Below are positions 61,089 through 64,000 of a stretch of 64,000 bases of DNA, one piece after another (the stretch's first letter is position 1; each line of letters opens with the position of its first letter). The position numbers and the translations under genes are program-made. Under the pieces are notes generated by a model. That model saw only the letters and a program-made list of their open reading frames with translations. It had not been told where the DNA came from and did not search any database. Source of the DNA: Eledone cirrhosa (taxonomy: Eukaryota); assembly GCA_964016885.1 (NCBI GenBank), contig OZ024742.1, positions 53,568,001 through 53,632,000 on the forward strand. Reading direction: 5' to 3'.

Positions 61089-61559
61089 ATGTATGTATGT
61101 ATGTATGTATGTATGTATGTATGTATGTATGTATGTATGTATGTATGTATGTATGTATGTATGTATGTATGTATGTATATATACGGTTATATTTGTGTAT
61201 ATGTATGTACATGCATATATAGTTTCATGTATGTATGTATGTATGTATGTATGTATGTATGTATGTATATATACGGTTATATTTGTGTATATGTATGTAC
61301 ATGCATATATAGTTTCATAGAAAGACGTAGCATAAAGAAACATTGTATGTTAAAAGGAAGGTAATGTAATCAAAACACATTTTAACGTCTCAAATTTACT
61401 TCTCAGTATTTCACTTTCGATCACTTACTCACACTCTCTCAACTTTATTTCTATTACTTCTGCTTACACGCACAAACACATACACACTCACACGCACAGA
61501 AACACAGGCGAACAAACACACATACGTACATACATATACACAGATACATATATATACAG

Positions 61560-64000
61560 GGTGATTGCTTCATCTCTGCAGATGATTGCCATCTCTCTAT
61601 GCACCCCCATCAACCGTCACCAACTCCAAACGTCCGTCCATGGCCTCTTAGGTAGCTTTTAAGTCCAGCATTAGATTTGAATGGTCTGCAGTAAATGTGA
61701 CAGATACAAGATGTGCCCTCTATTGGATTGATTGGGTCAGTTTGTGGGGTATCATCCGTATGTACCTTCATATGCCTTTTAAAACCAGAGATTGATTTGC
61801 AGATCTTTTTGCACACCACACATGTCTCACCTAGCATTGGAGGCATAGAGCTGCATACAGTTGGCTTTTTATGTGATTTTAAATGAGTGACGTACCCAGA
61901 TTTAGAGAGCTGTAAACGACCACACACCTCACAAAACCAGCTCCCTTTGTACTTATTAAGGTTCATACTGTGGTCTTTTCGAAGCCGATGTTTAAGTTTT
62001 TCATGATCAAGGCGTCTCTTTTCAAACATGCTGCAGCTTTCCTTCACATGTCCTCTCCAGTTACCCCTCTTTAAAGCAAGCACTGCCCAGTTCTGAATTT
62101 CAAACTGTAGATCTTTCAGGTTGTTTTTTATGCAAGCCTTATATATTTTTCTTGGTTTGTGCTGAAGGTGTTTCCCAGTGTGCAATTGACTGAAAATAGT
62201 TGTTTTGGGATAGGATGCCTCGGTAGTGATCGCAGATTCTTTTAACCCTTTTACCTTTAAATAAGGTCACCAAGATACCATCTATTCAATCTTGTGGTAT
62301 AGGCGCTCCAGCCCAGCACTCGTTGATGAGATGGATTATTGTTTGTGTTATGTTCTTATTACCAACCTTTAACAATTCCACAAGGATTCCATCTGATCCA
62401 GGTGGCTTAGTCGTGTTTAACTGGTTGATGGCCATTTTAACCTCATTATAATATGGTAATCAATCCATTTTAAAATTTACAACACATTGGGGGATGTCAT
62501 ATGGCACATCATAATCAACTGATGATGGATTATCAAATAAATCAGTGAAATGTTGCCAACGATTAAGGATTTTCTCTGATTCCTTGTGATGACAGTGTTG
62601 TCTTTGGACCTCATGGGAACAATAGACGAAGCTGTTCGACCATATACTGCACGCAAAAAACTATAAAACAGTTTTGAATCCTTTGCATTATAAACACTTT
62701 GCATGTCTTCAGAGATCTTCAACCACGATTTATTTTTAAGCCTGCTGAGCTCGCGTTATAAGGTGGCTTTATATTCTTTATATGTCTTTTTAATGGCAGT
62801 TAAATTCGTAGGGCACTCTCCCAGTAGCTCTTCATGAAGAGTATGTTTTTTATTTAATAGTTAGCTGATAACCAGATTATCATCAAACCAGTCTGTATGT
62901 TGTTTTTACGCCCTGAATTCAAGTTCTGCTCCTGCTGTATACAATTGATCTCTGAAGTTTACCCACGTTCCATCAAAGTCAATATTATTCAAAGGTTTAT
63001 TCAAAACCTCACGTACCTCTTGCTGTTTTAACTTTCCAACATCAATACGCTTCAGTGTTTTGATTCCACACATACAAGATGTTTTCCGAATACGTAACTT
63101 AAACTTCCCCCGAACCATCTTATGGTCTGTGTTGCATTTTGCACTACACATGACGCGCACATTACAGACATCATTCAGATCACATCTCCGGGTTACTATG
63201 AAATCTATCATGTGGCCATCTTTTGACCTTGGGTGTATCTAGGTAACTTTATGCTTATTTTGGCGGAAGAATGTATTGCACATTGCTAGGTTGAGTTCCG
63301 AACAGAGCTCAAGCAGCTTCAAACCATTCGCATTCATCTTATCGATGCCGTAATGGCCTAGTGCATCCGATGTCTCATGGTCTCTGCCAACTCGGGCATT
63401 GAAATCACCAAGAACTTTTTCTTCGCCTGGAGTAGATGCAATTGTAGCATGAAGGGATTCATAGACTGTCATAATACTTTCTTCACTGGTTGGAGAGTTA
63501 GAGCATAAACTGACAGAATTGTTTCACATCACCCACATGCAAGTGGAATGCGCAACTTCATTATACTGTCGCTGATTATAGAGGGGCACTCTAAATGTTG
63601 TGCTAGAGTTTCTCGCACTGTAAAACCTATACCACCATCTCACCGTTCTCCTTTTGGTTTCCCTCTCCAGAAAAGTGTGAAACCTGATGATACTTCAGTC
63701 AGCTGATCACACCCTGACAGAAGTGTTTCTGACAAGGCTGCAGTATCTATATTTAATCTTTAGAGTTCCTTTGTTACCAATGTGGTTCGTCTTTCTGGTT
63801 GGTTTGATGAGTTTTGGCCCAGAAGGGTTCTGACATTCCAGCAGCAAATATTTAGTTTGATTTGATTTTTCATAAATGTTTTACTTTGTAATTCACTTTT
63901 TCTTTTCCTGCTTGAATGAACCGCCGATAGCCGCAGTAAACTACCCAACGTTGATGTGACAGGAAATTTTCAATGGACCTTTTCTAGCACTTTTCAAAGA
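61560..64000 (-). mobile_element. Decayed RTE-clade LINE (APE, most of RT deleted, C-terminal C2H2 fingers)
   Basis: CWNVRTLL..PERRT..V.KEL, LGDFNARVG, NGLKLLELC, IDFIVTR, TDHKMV; 3' end ATGGCAATCATC; RT core missing at ~62.2-62.35 kb. Confidence 0.88.

Overview
Eukaryotic, repeat-saturated window with no host gene I can recognise. The long (TA)n tracts and the SINE/LINE mix look like an invertebrate, possibly an octopus or other cephalopod; this is inference only. 1-25 kb is a pile-up of L1/Tx1-clade LINEs (five copies; tails (TCTA)n or (TTA)n), two R4/Dong-type RLE LINEs in (TAA)n, tRNA-derived SINEs and a mariner fragment. 26-57 kb is (TA)n-rich. It holds Penelope-like elements (two Naiad-type with CxCx5Cx5C + GIY-YIG, plus Neptune-like remnants), a CR1-type LINE and a non-autonomous Helitron. 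57-64 kb holds a tandem array of a second R4-type LINE in (TACA)n and a decayed RTE LINE ending in three C2H2 fingers. The main signal, absent from the ORF track, is more than a dozen minimal type-I hammerhead ribozyme motifs found by eye, mostly with palindromic stem III. They lie in PLE pseudo-LTRs and in at least six unrelated, ORF-less 0.2-1.9 kb elements. These elements have partial-tandem and/or 5'-inverted architecture and sit in or next to (TA)n. They are candidate retrozyme-like/mini-PLE families located next to the autonomous PLEs that could mobilise them. Coordinates were read by eye and may be off by a few bases.
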